Below are positions 42,574 through 51,399 of a stretch of DNA of 64,000 nt, in pieces; position 1 is the stretch's first letter, and each line of letters starts with the position of its first letter. Source of the DNA: an uncultured Planctomycetaceae bacterium. Its GTDB lineage: Bacteria > Planctomycetota > Planctomycetia > Pirellulales > PALSA-1355. Position numbers and translations under genes: made by a program. Under the pieces are notes generated by a model, which saw nothing but the letters and a program-made list of their open reading frames with translations, had not been told where the DNA came from and did not search any database. The stretch lies in assembly GCA_964598535.1 (NCBI GenBank), contig CAZRCI010000005.1, forward strand, positions 66,287 to 130,286, written 5' to 3'.

Positions 42574-43968
42574 TCACATATTCGTCAGGTCATCGCTGGC
42601 CACGGAGCCGACCATGTTATCGAGCGCCGCCGACAGCTCCGGGGCATGCGTCAGATCGTGGGCATACACGCGGCAGATTCGGTGCGCCAGCGGCAATTGC
42701 CGGAAGAGTTGATCGTCGGTGAGCGGGCGAGGTTCACTCCGCGCCGGATCCCAGAGGAAGTTTTGTCCCGTGCTGGGGCCGCGCGTATCGGGACGATGGA
42801 TATGCCGGGCGAGGTCGATTCGTAGCGGCATGTCTCGCAGTGCCAAGGGAAGTTGCGACCGCAGTTCGGCCTCGACGTAATCGGGCCGGGTAAAGATGCT
42901 GCTGCGTTCGCGCTCGGCGGCATCGAACACCAGGTTGCGCTGGCAAGCCATGACCCAGGGGATTTGGCGATCGAGCAACGCTTGCCAGCGGATTCCAAAC
43001 ACGCGTTTTCGCGGATCCTCCGATGAGCTCCAACGAGACACGTCGACCAGGAGCGCGAACTCGGTGAACTGGCGATACAGGTCGAGGTGTTCGAGCGGAT
43101 TGCCGGGAAACAAGTATTCGCGGCTATCGGCAAACAAGTCGGCCAGCGTCAGGTCAATGGCACGTACCGTGCGATGAAAGTACACCGTGCGGAAAAGTTC
43201 CGCTCGCACGCCCATGAACCGTACGAGCGCGGCCACGCCCCGCGAATGGATCGTGAGGCCCGCGGGCGTGAAGAAACTGTAGTGCAGCAAGCGGTCGAGA
43301 TCGAAGGCCCGGCTGTTGTAGCCGGACATATAAGCATCGCGGAGGACGAAGTCCATATTGTCGACGGTGTAGATTCCGCTGAACAGACTCCGGAGGAGCC
43401 TGAGCCAGCGAGGAGCATCATCGGCATCGGCAACGCGCGGCCGGGTAATCAGCAGGGCGATTTGGCGGGGATCGAGCTGCTCACCGCTTTCAAGTTGGCT
43501 GTTCGGATTGCGACGCACGCGCGCCAGCAGCGGGCCAAGCTCCTGGCAGATGATCGTGCTGCCGAGCGTTTCGTGGGTCAGGCCGTGATGCTTCAGGAAA
43601 TGCTCGTCGAGAAAGTGCCCAAACGGGCCATGCCCGACGTCGTGGAGCAAGCCGGCCAGACGCATCAGCGTCTCGACGTAGCCGCGGCTGGGGGTCTCGG
43701 GGCAGCTTTCCTTCAGGCTGTCATAGAGGCGCTCGCTCGCTCGGCTGGCGAGATGCATCACGCCCACGACGTGCTGAAAGCGCGTGTGCTCGGCAGTCGG
43801 AAAAACCCACCAGGCGGTTTGAAGCTGGTGGATCTGGCGAAGCCGCTGGACCCAGGGATGGTCGATGATCTGGCGTTCGGTGCATTCGCCAGACGGGGCC
43901 TTGGAGACAAAGGGGATATACCCGTGGACGGCGTCGTGGCACAGATTCTCGGCGAGGAAGTCACGCAT
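42574..43968 (-). CDS. HD-domain phosphohydrolase (SAMHD1-like dNTP triphosphohydrolase family)
   Basis: Start taken at MRDFLAENLCHDAVHGYI. HD motifs RFQHVVGV and LLHDVGHGPFGH. Length and layout fit the COG1078-type family. Confidence 0.85.
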   Translation of the reverse strand: MRDFLAENLCHDAVHGYIPFVSKAPSGECTERQIIDHPWVQRLRQIHQLQTAWWVFPTAEHTRFQHVVGVMHLASRASERLYDSLKESCPETPSRGYVETLMRLAGLLHDVGHGPFGHFLDEHFLKHHGLTHETLGSTIICQELGPLLARVRRNPNSQLESGEQLDPRQIALLITRPRVADADDAPRWLRLLRSLFSGIYTVDNMDFVLRDAYMSGYNSRAFDLDRLLHYSFFTPAGLTIHSRGVAALVRFMGVRAELFRTVYFHRTVRAIDLTLADLFADSREYLFPGNPLEHLDLYRQFTEFALLVDVSRWSSSEDPRKRVFGIRWQALLDRQIPWVMACQRNLVFDAAERERSSIFTRPDYVEAELRSQLPLALRDMPLRIDLARHIHRPDTRGPSTGQNFLWDPARSEPRPLTDDQLFRQLPLAHRICRVYAHDLTHAPELSAALDNMVGSVASDDLTNM

Positions 43969-44425
43969 GCTAGCAAACCAGAATTCAAGGAGCAGGCAAT
44001 TCAGCCACCACGACGGGCATCGGCATGCTGGCAGTGTATCAGGCACGAACGAGGCGCCGAACGGTGGACCTCGCTCCCCCCGGCAGAATTTCATCTGCGG
44101 GGAAAACCGGTCGCCTGGGGGCCATATGAGGGACGACGAAGTGGCGATTAATCGTTACAATTCGCCTAGTTTCACAAAAAGGAGGCCGTGAGAGCAACCC
44201 GACCTGCACGATGTACCCGTCGATGGTGCGCGAGAGCGCGGCGCTTGAGCCGGTGGTCGCGTTGTCAAGAAATGCCGCCCAATTGGTTGCTAGTGATTAT
44301 GCCCAAGCGTTCTAGCCGATCTAGTAACGTCAGCGCTCGGTCCGTAGATTGCCCCACGCCAACCCCCCGTTCAACCAACCAGCTCCCGGATCGTTCATTA
44401 AGCTGCCGAGAAGGCCAAGGAGAGG

Positions 44426-46384
44426 ATGATCGTGACGCGCTTCCGCCTGACTTCATGTGCCTCGTTGCTCGTAATCCTCGCATCGCAGGTGGCCAGTTAC
44501 GGCGCGGTCCCCGCCTCGGAAACCTTGCTGCCGGCCACGACGAAGGCTTACGTTTCGATAGCGAATGTCGAAGAGTTTGAAGCCGCCTTCAAGAAGACGC
44601 AGTTGGGGCAGTTGGCCAGCGATCCGGAGATGCAGCCATTTGTCGAGGACCTCAAGCGTCAGCTCACCGAGCAATGGACCAAGACCCACGAGAAGCTGGG
44701 CATTGGCTGGGAAGACCTCGATGGCGTGCCGTCGGGCGAAGTTGCCATGGCGCTGTTGTTGCCCCGGGAAAATAAGGATGCCGTGGTGGTGCTGGCCGAC
44801 GTGACCGGGCGCGACGCCAAGACCGCCGACCTGTTGAAAAAAATCGACCAGAACATGACGGCCCGCAAAGCCGCGCGTAGCGAACGAACGGCCCAGGGCA
44901 CGAAGATCGTCATCTATAACATTCCCAAGCGCGACGACGTTCCGGCGCGGCAAGTGGGCTATTTCTTGAAGGACGGCTTGCTGGCGGCTTCGGACGATCT
45001 GGCGGTGCTCGAAAATGTCCTATCGCGGGCGGGCGGCGCCTTGCAAAGCGATAGCCTGGCGTCGTTCGCCGCTTATGCCGCGATCACGAAGCGTTGCGAA
45101 AAAGCCGCGGACGGTCTGGCTCCCCAGGCCCGCTGGTTTCTGGAACCCTTTGGTTATGCCGAGGCGATACGGATCGATCAGCCCAAGAAACGCGGCACCG
45201 ACATGCTGAAGATTTTGCGCACCGAGGGCTTCATGGCGATCGAGGGTGTGGGCGGTTTCGTCAATCTCTCGACGGACCGTTATGAACTCGTGCATCGCAC
45301 GTTTATTCATGCCCCCGGCAATCCATCGGGCGGCGAGCGATTTGAGCTGTCGGCTCGGATGCTGAAGTTCCCCAATGGCGGCGAGTTTACGCCGCCGGCA
45401 TGGGTTCCGCGCGATCTGGCATCGTACATCGCGGTTAACATCGATACGAAGAACGCCTTTGAGAACTCGAAGACTCTGGTGAACCAGGTTGTCGGCGATG
45501 AAGTGTTCGAGGACGTGCTCGAGTCGATCAAGACGGATGAAAATGGGCCGATGATCGATATTCGCAAGGATCTGATCGCATACTTGGGCAACCGGCTCAC
45601 GGTGATCTCGGATCTGCAAACGCCGATTACGCCCAAGAGCGAACGGTTGTTGATCGCGGTCGACACGAAAGACGAGAAGCATCTGGCAGGAGTCATTCGC
45701 GACTGGATGGAAACCGATCCCGACACGCGCCGCCGTGAGATCGCCGGCCACGTGGTATGGGAAATCGTCGACGAGCAGGCCGAGCTGCCAATGATCACGA
45801 TCGAAAATAGCCCGCTCGATCGTCCCTCGGAGGACGATGCGATCGAAGAAGAAGGCGAGCGGGCATTGCCCCCGAACTCGGCCGTGACCGTGGCGCATGG
45901 TTGCCTGCTGGTCGCCACGCACATCGACATTCTGACGAAAGTGCTGACCGAATTCGAAAACGGCGCCAAGCTGGCCGATAGCGCGGACTACAAACGCGTG
46001 GCCCAGGAACTGGCGGCCATCGCCCAGCAGGAGCAGTTCGGCCAGGCATTCACGCGAACGGACGAAGCGTATCGCGGCACGTATGAACTGTTGCGTACAG
46101 GCAAGATGCCCGAGAGCCAGTCGATGATGGGCAAGCTGCTCAATGCGTTGCTTGGCGACGGCAAAGAGGGCGTTCTCCGCCCGCAAAAGCTCGATGGCAG
46201 CAAGCTTCCTGAATACGACATGGTGCGGCGTTATCTTGGCCCGGCCGGCATGACGATGACCGCCGAACCGACGGGCTGGCTGCTGACCGGCTTTACGTTG
46301 ACCAAGGAAGCCGATTCGAGTCAGACGCCCGCCAAGGCTGAGCGTTTGACGAGCGAGACCAAGGCGGACACCGCGGTGAAATAG
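44426..46384 (+). CDS. Large exported hypothetical protein
   Basis: 652-aa ORF with AAGGAGAGG just upstream of the ATG and an N-terminal signal-like segment (LTSCASLLVILASQVASYG). Coding-type composition throughout. No family recognised. Confidence 0.8.
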   Translation: MIVTRFRLTSCASLLVILASQVASYGAVPASETLLPATTKAYVSIANVEEFEAAFKKTQLGQLASDPEMQPFVEDLKRQLTEQWTKTHEKLGIGWEDLDGVPSGEVAMALLLPRENKDAVVVLADVTGRDAKTADLLKKIDQNMTARKAARSERTAQGTKIVIYNIPKRDDVPARQVGYFLKDGLLAASDDLAVLENVLSRAGGALQSDSLASFAAYAAITKRCEKAADGLAPQARWFLEPFGYAEAIRIDQPKKRGTDMLKILRTEGFMAIEGVGGFVNLSTDRYELVHRTFIHAPGNPSGGERFELSARMLKFPNGGEFTPPAWVPRDLASYIAVNIDTKNAFENSKTLVNQVVGDEVFEDVLESIKTDENGPMIDIRKDLIAYLGNRLTVISDLQTPITPKSERLLIAVDTKDEKHLAGVIRDWMETDPDTRRREIAGHVVWEIVDEQAELPMITIENSPLDRPSEDDAIEEEGERALPPNSAVTVAHGCLLVATHIDILTKVLTEFENGAKLADSADYKRVAQELAAIAQQEQFGQAFTRTDEAYRGTYELLRTGKMPESQSMMGKLLNALLGDGKEGVLRPQKLDGSKLPEYDMVRRYLGPAGMTMTAEPTGWLLTGFTLTKEADSSQTPAKAERLTSETKADTAVK

Positions 46385-46422
46385 TTCGAGCGGTGTTCGT
46401 TCGACGGGATCTGTCAATCATT

Positions 46423-46491
46423 CACTTGCCCGAAGCGCAAACAAGGAGGCATGGCTTCCTCGGTTGACGCTTCGGGCAGGTGCGTTTTTTT
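46423..46491 (+). terminator. Intrinsic terminator (long nested hairpin plus T7) downstream of the 652-aa gene
   Basis: 15-bp stem CACTTGCCCGAAGCG / CGCTTCGGGCAGGTG with one G-U pair (46423-46437 / 46468-46482). An inner GGAGGC/GCTTCC helix sits in the loop. Followed by CGTTTTTTT (46483-46491). Confidence 0.8.
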
Positions 46492-46526
46492 CAGAAGAGT
46501 CGGTGAAACTCCGTCTCGTGTAACCA

Positions 46527-48872
46527 CTACGGCGAGAATTTTGCCCAGAAGGGGTGCTGGCGATCGCCGCGGGTGCGGACATCGTCTAAGAGCACGTTCA
46601 GGTTGGGCGAAACGTCGGCCGTGTGGCGGCGGCCTCCCAGGTGGACGTCGATCTTGTCGCGTCCGGGATTGAGCATTTCGGGCGCGAACCAGATCGTGGC
46701 GGAGACACCGGTGCCGGGCACGTAGATGTCGCCGTTGGCTTGGATCTTCGCGCGGACTTCCGCGGCGCGGATACCGCGACCGGGCGGCCAGTTGACCGGC
46801 TCGACGATCGAACGCGGCGGCAGCTTCTCGATTTCGAGCCACCAGAAGTAATTGTCCCAGGTTCGCATCGTGGTGACCGTGAACTCTTTGGGAAAGAAAT
46901 TCCGGTCCGGCTTGCGCGCCATCCAATCGAAGATCTCTTTTATCTCTTCATAGAAATCTTCGTGGCCGCGGCCTTGATACTCGACGACCGTGACGTCGTG
47001 GCGGTGAACCATATAGCGATCGAGATCGCGCGAGTTTTCCTTCAGCTTGTCGCCGTCCAGCTCGCCACACACGAGATAGAATGGCACCATGCCCGCGTTC
47101 GGCCAGTAGTGCGAGCAGTATTTCTTGCTTTGGGCAACGATTGGAATGACGCCCGCCCAGAGATCCGGATGCGCGAGCCCGATATCCCAGGCCGCGTCTC
47201 CGCCGGCGGAGTGCCCGGAAAGAAACACACGGTCGGTGTTGATCGAGAACCTGCGGCAGGCGTCGCGGAGACTGGCGAGCACCGTGGCATGCTCCCGGGC
47301 CGAAAAGCCGTAATCGCGTTGGCCCTCGGTTAGCCAATTGACGGCGATCACGATATAACCGAAGCGGCTGGCCTGTCCCAGACGCTGGCCATTGTCCATT
47401 CGGGCACCGGCCCACCAGTCGATTTGATGCTCGGGCGTCGAGCCCACGCCGTTCAGGGTGACGATCGTGGGATAACGCACATAGGGATCGTATTCTGGCG
47501 GAAGCTGCACGTAGTAGGTCGCGTCGGGCTCGGTGTCCATCCCGATCGGCACTTGCAGCGTGTGGAAGCCCGGCGTTTCGGCCGAAGAAGCCGGCGTTTC
47601 CAGCGGGGGCTTCATGTGGGCAATGAGCTTGGCCACCAGCGAAATCGCGGCGCCTTCCATCGTGCGTAGCTCTTGCTCGATCTCGTTTCTTCGCAAGGCC
47701 ACGGGCTCGTTCATGTAGCGGCGGATCAGGTCGCGCACGCGGGCCGTCGACGCGGTGACCAGCAGGCTGGTTTCCGCGGAGTCCGCGCCAAGCAGCCAAC
47801 CGCTGATCGCAATCGACAGCCGTTGCTCGTCCGTGAGGCTCTTGTCGTCGCGCAAGCGGAAGTAGCCCGCAAGGCGATCGAAGTTGCCCAGGCTCATCTC
47901 GGCGGCCATCTCATTGATGATGGCTTCGCAGGTTGCGCGGTCGGGACCGTCCGGCAGGACTTCCACGAGTTTGTGGAGTTCGGCGGCGACCAGGTCGCGG
48001 CGCTCGCGCACCTGTTCATATTGCTGGACCATCTCGCGCACTTGAGCAAGCGTTTCGCCCGCGACGTCGTCGGTGGGAAAGTTTTGCAACAGGCCGTAGG
48101 CCAAAAAGTGCTGGCCCGACTTGCGCCGCAATTCGATTTCCTCGACGATGCTGCGGGCATGCATCTGGCGCAGCGAGCGGACCTCGGTCGCAAGTTCTCG
48201 CTGATCCGGAAAGTCGGCGATGACGACTTCCAGTTCTTTTTGAGCGTCCTGATAGCGCTCGGCTTGAAGGAGCAAGCGGACGACGCGCAGGCGAGCGTCG
48301 AGATTGTTTCGCGAGGCGTTGTTGACCAGGATCTTGTGCAGCGTGTCGCGCGGAATGGAGCTGGTGGCGATACGCATGTCCCAATTGAGCGGCGTAAGCT
48401 GTGAGGTTTGCAGCCCTTCGACCTTGGTCCAGCGCGGCGTGACGAGCGTGATTCCCTGAATAATATCGAGCGGCCCCTTGTCGGTATTCATGGTGAACAC
48501 GCGACGGCCGTATTCGTCGAAAGGAGAGACTTTGAGAATGGGGCCGACCCGATTCACGCGCCCGCCACCGCTGGCGGTACGCTGGTTGATCGCTACTTTC
48601 TCGAGAATGCCGCCCGAGTTCACCTCGTCGACCGCCTGAATCTGTGAGGTGGGCACGAACACGCGCCGCAGGTCGTCGTCGATGAACGTGATGGTGGCCG
48701 GGACGCCTTGCTGGTTGTTCTGCGGGTTGTCGGCCAGTCCCGCGGTCTTACCGAGCCGGCCGGTGAGCCGGCGGCCGTCCTTCATGATGACGTTCGAGCC
48801 GAACGCGTCAGCAGCGTTTAGAAGCAGCGCGAGGGCGACAAACAGTCGCAAACTGGGACGACACAGGTTCAT
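46527..48872 (-). CDS. Large exported protein with C-terminal alpha/beta-hydrolase (esterase/peptidase-like) domain
   Basis: Start taken at MNLCRPSLRLFVALALLLNAADA (signal peptide). A nucleophile-elbow GHSAG (VFLSGHSAGGDAAW) lies in the last third. The middle is helical and TPR-like. Confidence 0.8.
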   Translation of the reverse strand: MNLCRPSLRLFVALALLLNAADAFGSNVIMKDGRRLTGRLGKTAGLADNPQNNQQGVPATITFIDDDLRRVFVPTSQIQAVDEVNSGGILEKVAINQRTASGGGRVNRVGPILKVSPFDEYGRRVFTMNTDKGPLDIIQGITLVTPRWTKVEGLQTSQLTPLNWDMRIATSSIPRDTLHKILVNNASRNNLDARLRVVRLLLQAERYQDAQKELEVVIADFPDQRELATEVRSLRQMHARSIVEEIELRRKSGQHFLAYGLLQNFPTDDVAGETLAQVREMVQQYEQVRERRDLVAAELHKLVEVLPDGPDRATCEAIINEMAAEMSLGNFDRLAGYFRLRDDKSLTDEQRLSIAISGWLLGADSAETSLLVTASTARVRDLIRRYMNEPVALRRNEIEQELRTMEGAAISLVAKLIAHMKPPLETPASSAETPGFHTLQVPIGMDTEPDATYYVQLPPEYDPYVRYPTIVTLNGVGSTPEHQIDWWAGARMDNGQRLGQASRFGYIVIAVNWLTEGQRDYGFSAREHATVLASLRDACRRFSINTDRVFLSGHSAGGDAAWDIGLAHPDLWAGVIPIVAQSKKYCSHYWPNAGMVPFYLVCGELDGDKLKENSRDLDRYMVHRHDVTVVEYQGRGHEDFYEEIKEIFDWMARKPDRNFFPKEFTVTTMRTWDNYFWWLEIEKLPPRSIVEPVNWPPGRGIRAAEVRAKIQANGDIYVPGTGVSATIWFAPEMLNPGRDKIDVHLGGRRHTADVSPNLNVLLDDVRTRGDRQHPFWAKFSP

Positions 48873-48929
48873 GCAAGGCTCTTCTGGACCTGGTGCCTCA
48901 CGCGAGCGCAGACTCAATCGCGCTCGTGG

Positions 48930-48962
48930 CGGACAGAATGCGTCGGCACGGACAGAATGCGT
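48930..48962. repeat. 14-bp direct repeat x2 upstream of the 781-aa exported-protein gene
   Basis: CGGACAGAATGCGT at 48930-48943 and 48949-48962, with a 5-bp spacer. It lies 58-90 nt upstream of the ATG at 48872. Confidence 0.6.
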
Positions 48963-49243
48963 TCTTCTCTGTGGGATTGTACGCCCGCCGGGGTTCCGGG
49001 CCTGCAAGCGTTCCCAGATTTTATTGTGTTCGAGGCCGAGGGAGAGTCAACCGGGGAAGGCTCGCCGGACAAGCAGAACTGGCTGCGGAAAAACCGGCAT
49101 AATACGACGGCCTGACGCGAGTCTTTTGCGGCAATAACGAATTCGTGCTCCGTCGTTTCGGGGGTAGCCTTTTTTGGGGGAGAGCGAATAAATCTCTATC
49201 GGGCTGCTGAAAAGGGTCACGACGGCCCTTCGTCGGCAACCTG

Positions 49244-51193
49244 CTAGCCCGGCGTGTCGAGATAGGGGTCCTGGCCCATCTGGAGTTGGAGCTTTTTCCG
49301 CTCTTTCTCGTGATACATAAGCACTTTGCGATCGAGGAAGTGGCGTTTTTCCAACTTGTACTGGGCCCGGTTGAATATTTTGGCCAGGTGATCGTAGCGT
49401 CCGGGATTGTCGTGGCCAAATTCATGGTAGTGCTTGGCCTTGTCCGGCCCGAGGCCCAGTAGCAGTTCGTCTTCCAGCGAGAGGTAGACACGGTACGAGC
49501 CGGGGTCGCCCTGACGACCGCAACGCCCGACGAGTTGCCGATCGATGCGGGCCGAGTCGTGCATTTCGGTCATGATCACGTGTAGACCGCCGAGTTCGTG
49601 TACGCCTTCGCCCAGCTTGATGTCCGTTCCGCGGCCGGCCATGTTGGTCGAGACGGTGACTCGGCCTTGGCGACCTGCCTTGGCGACGATCTCGGCTTCC
49701 TCGGCGATGTGGTTGGCGTTCAAGACGTCGTGATCGATGCCACGTTGCTTGAGCAGGTGCGAGATGATTTCCGACTTGTCGATGGTGCGCGTGCCGATCA
49801 GCACGGGCCGGCCCGTGGCGTGAACCTCGATCACCTCATTGACGATCGCGTGCCACTTTTCTTCTTCGGTTCCGAAGACATAATCGGGCAGCCGTTGGCG
49901 AATCGCCGGGCGGTTGGTGGGAATTTGCACGACCCGGAGCTTGTAGATCTTTTTGAGCTCGCCGGCCGAGGTGATGCCGGTACCGGTCATGCCGGCCAGA
50001 TGCGGATAAAGATGGAAGTAGTCCTGGACGGTGATTCGCGCGGCCTGGCCCGCCTCGGCCGTGACCTCGACGTCGGCTTCTGCGGCTTCGACGGCTTGGT
50101 GGAGTCCTGCGCGCCATTTGCGTCCTTCTGCGGCGCGACCGGTGAATTCATCGACGATGACAACCTCACCATCGCGAACGACGTACTGGCGGTCGCGGAT
50201 GAACTCGCGGTCGACCTTGATCGCGCGTTCGATGTATTCGTAAATGCTGAACATGCCGACGGCGTGCATTTCATCGGGTTTGGGCAGGTTCCGCACCAGA
50301 CGCCGCCCCTCGGGCGTTAGTTCCACGCTTTTGCGTTCGTGGTCGTAGTCGTAATGTTCGTCCTCTTTAAACTGATTGGCGACGCCAGCAGCCCATTTGT
50401 AGCACTCGACGGCGATGAGCTGCGCCTCGCTGGGCAACGCGCTGATGATGAGCGGCGTGCGAGCTTCGTCGATCAAGATGCTGTCAGCCTCGTCCACCAG
50501 CACGAAATACGGAGTGCGCTGCACGGGGCGTTCGCCGCCTTCGCCGCTCATGCCGAGCATCGCGCCCAGGAAGTCGGTTTGACCTTCGCCGATGCGGCGC
50601 ATCAACAAGCGATCGCGCAGAAAGTCGAAGCCAAACTCCTTGGCCGTGCCATAAGTGATGTCGCACTCGTAGGCCTTGCGGCGCTGGTTTTGGTTCATTT
50701 GGGTTTCGACGATGCCGACCGTGATGCCCAGGCTCTCATAGAGCGGTTTCATCCACTCGGCATCGCGCCGGGCGAGATAGTCGTTGACCGTGGCCAGATG
50801 CGCGCCTTTGCCCTCGAGCGCGGCCAGGTAGAGCGGCAGCGTAGCGGTAAGCGTTTTGCCTTCGCCCGTTTGCATCTCGGCGATCGAGCGATTGTGCATC
50901 GCGATGCCGCCCAGGATCTGCACGTCGAAATGACGCATATTGAGCGTGCGGCGGCCGGCTTCCCGCACCAGGGCGAACGCCTCGGGCAACAGCCGCTCCG
51001 AGGGCTCGTGGCTCTTGAGCCGGTACCGGAGCGAAAGGCTCCGCTTGCGCATGTCGTAGGCGTTGAGATTTTGGAGCTCTTCTTCGAAACTCGCCACCTT
51101 AGGCAATACAGATTGCCAATGCGCAAGCTGGCGGTGGGCCATGCCGCGAGAGACGGATTGCAGGCTCGAACGCAGGCTATCGGCTATCGACAT
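49244..51193 (-). CDS. secA: Truncated SecA-family ATPase (SecA paralogue, about 649 aa)
   Basis: Start taken at MSIADSLRS. Motifs: Walker A MQTGEGKTLTATLP; DEAD-like LVDEADSILIDEARTPLIISA; NBD2 GRPVLIGT...TNMAGRGTDIKLG...GRCGRQGDPGS. The protein ends about 80 aa after NBD2. Confidence 0.9.
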   Translation of the reverse strand: MSIADSLRSSLQSVSRGMAHRQLAHWQSVLPKVASFEEELQNLNAYDMRKRSLSLRYRLKSHEPSERLLPEAFALVREAGRRTLNMRHFDVQILGGIAMHNRSIAEMQTGEGKTLTATLPLYLAALEGKGAHLATVNDYLARRDAEWMKPLYESLGITVGIVETQMNQNQRRKAYECDITYGTAKEFGFDFLRDRLLMRRIGEGQTDFLGAMLGMSGEGGERPVQRTPYFVLVDEADSILIDEARTPLIISALPSEAQLIAVECYKWAAGVANQFKEDEHYDYDHERKSVELTPEGRRLVRNLPKPDEMHAVGMFSIYEYIERAIKVDREFIRDRQYVVRDGEVVIVDEFTGRAAEGRKWRAGLHQAVEAAEADVEVTAEAGQAARITVQDYFHLYPHLAGMTGTGITSAGELKKIYKLRVVQIPTNRPAIRQRLPDYVFGTEEEKWHAIVNEVIEVHATGRPVLIGTRTIDKSEIISHLLKQRGIDHDVLNANHIAEEAEIVAKAGRQGRVTVSTNMAGRGTDIKLGEGVHELGGLHVIMTEMHDSARIDRQLVGRCGRQGDPGSYRVYLSLEDELLLGLGPDKAKHYHEFGHDNPGRYDHLAKIFNRAQYKLEKRHFLDRKVLMYHEKERKKLQLQMGQDPYLDTPG

Positions 51194-51399
51194 GAACACA
51201 CCGAAGAAACATGCGGACGGAAACCTCCCGGAAGAGCCACGCAACGCGTTGAATCGCAAATCAAGGCATTGCGACTAACAGACTTATTCTATCTTACGGC
51301 GGCCCGCTATTGCTGCAATTGGCCGATTTTTCCGCCTGCGCGGCCGCCATGAGCCTTCCCAGCGTTGTCGAGCATCGCCAGCGTGGAGATAGGCAGTTT

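Noticed and set aside
44211-44315. 34-codon ORF (MYPSMVRESAALEPVVALSRNAAQLVASDYAQAF) in the 457-bp divergent spacer
   Set aside because: There is no SD, and the third-position GC bias collapses in the second half. There is nothing to support translation. The nearby AGGAGG at 44181 is only 2 nt from a GTG.
46446-46672. AAGGAGG-C-ATG inside the terminator loop, opening a 73-aa ORF (46451-46672)
   Set aside because: The SD-to-ATG spacing is only 1 nt. The ORF runs antisense into the 781-aa gene and is Arg-rich. The sequence is better explained as the inner helix of the terminator hairpin.
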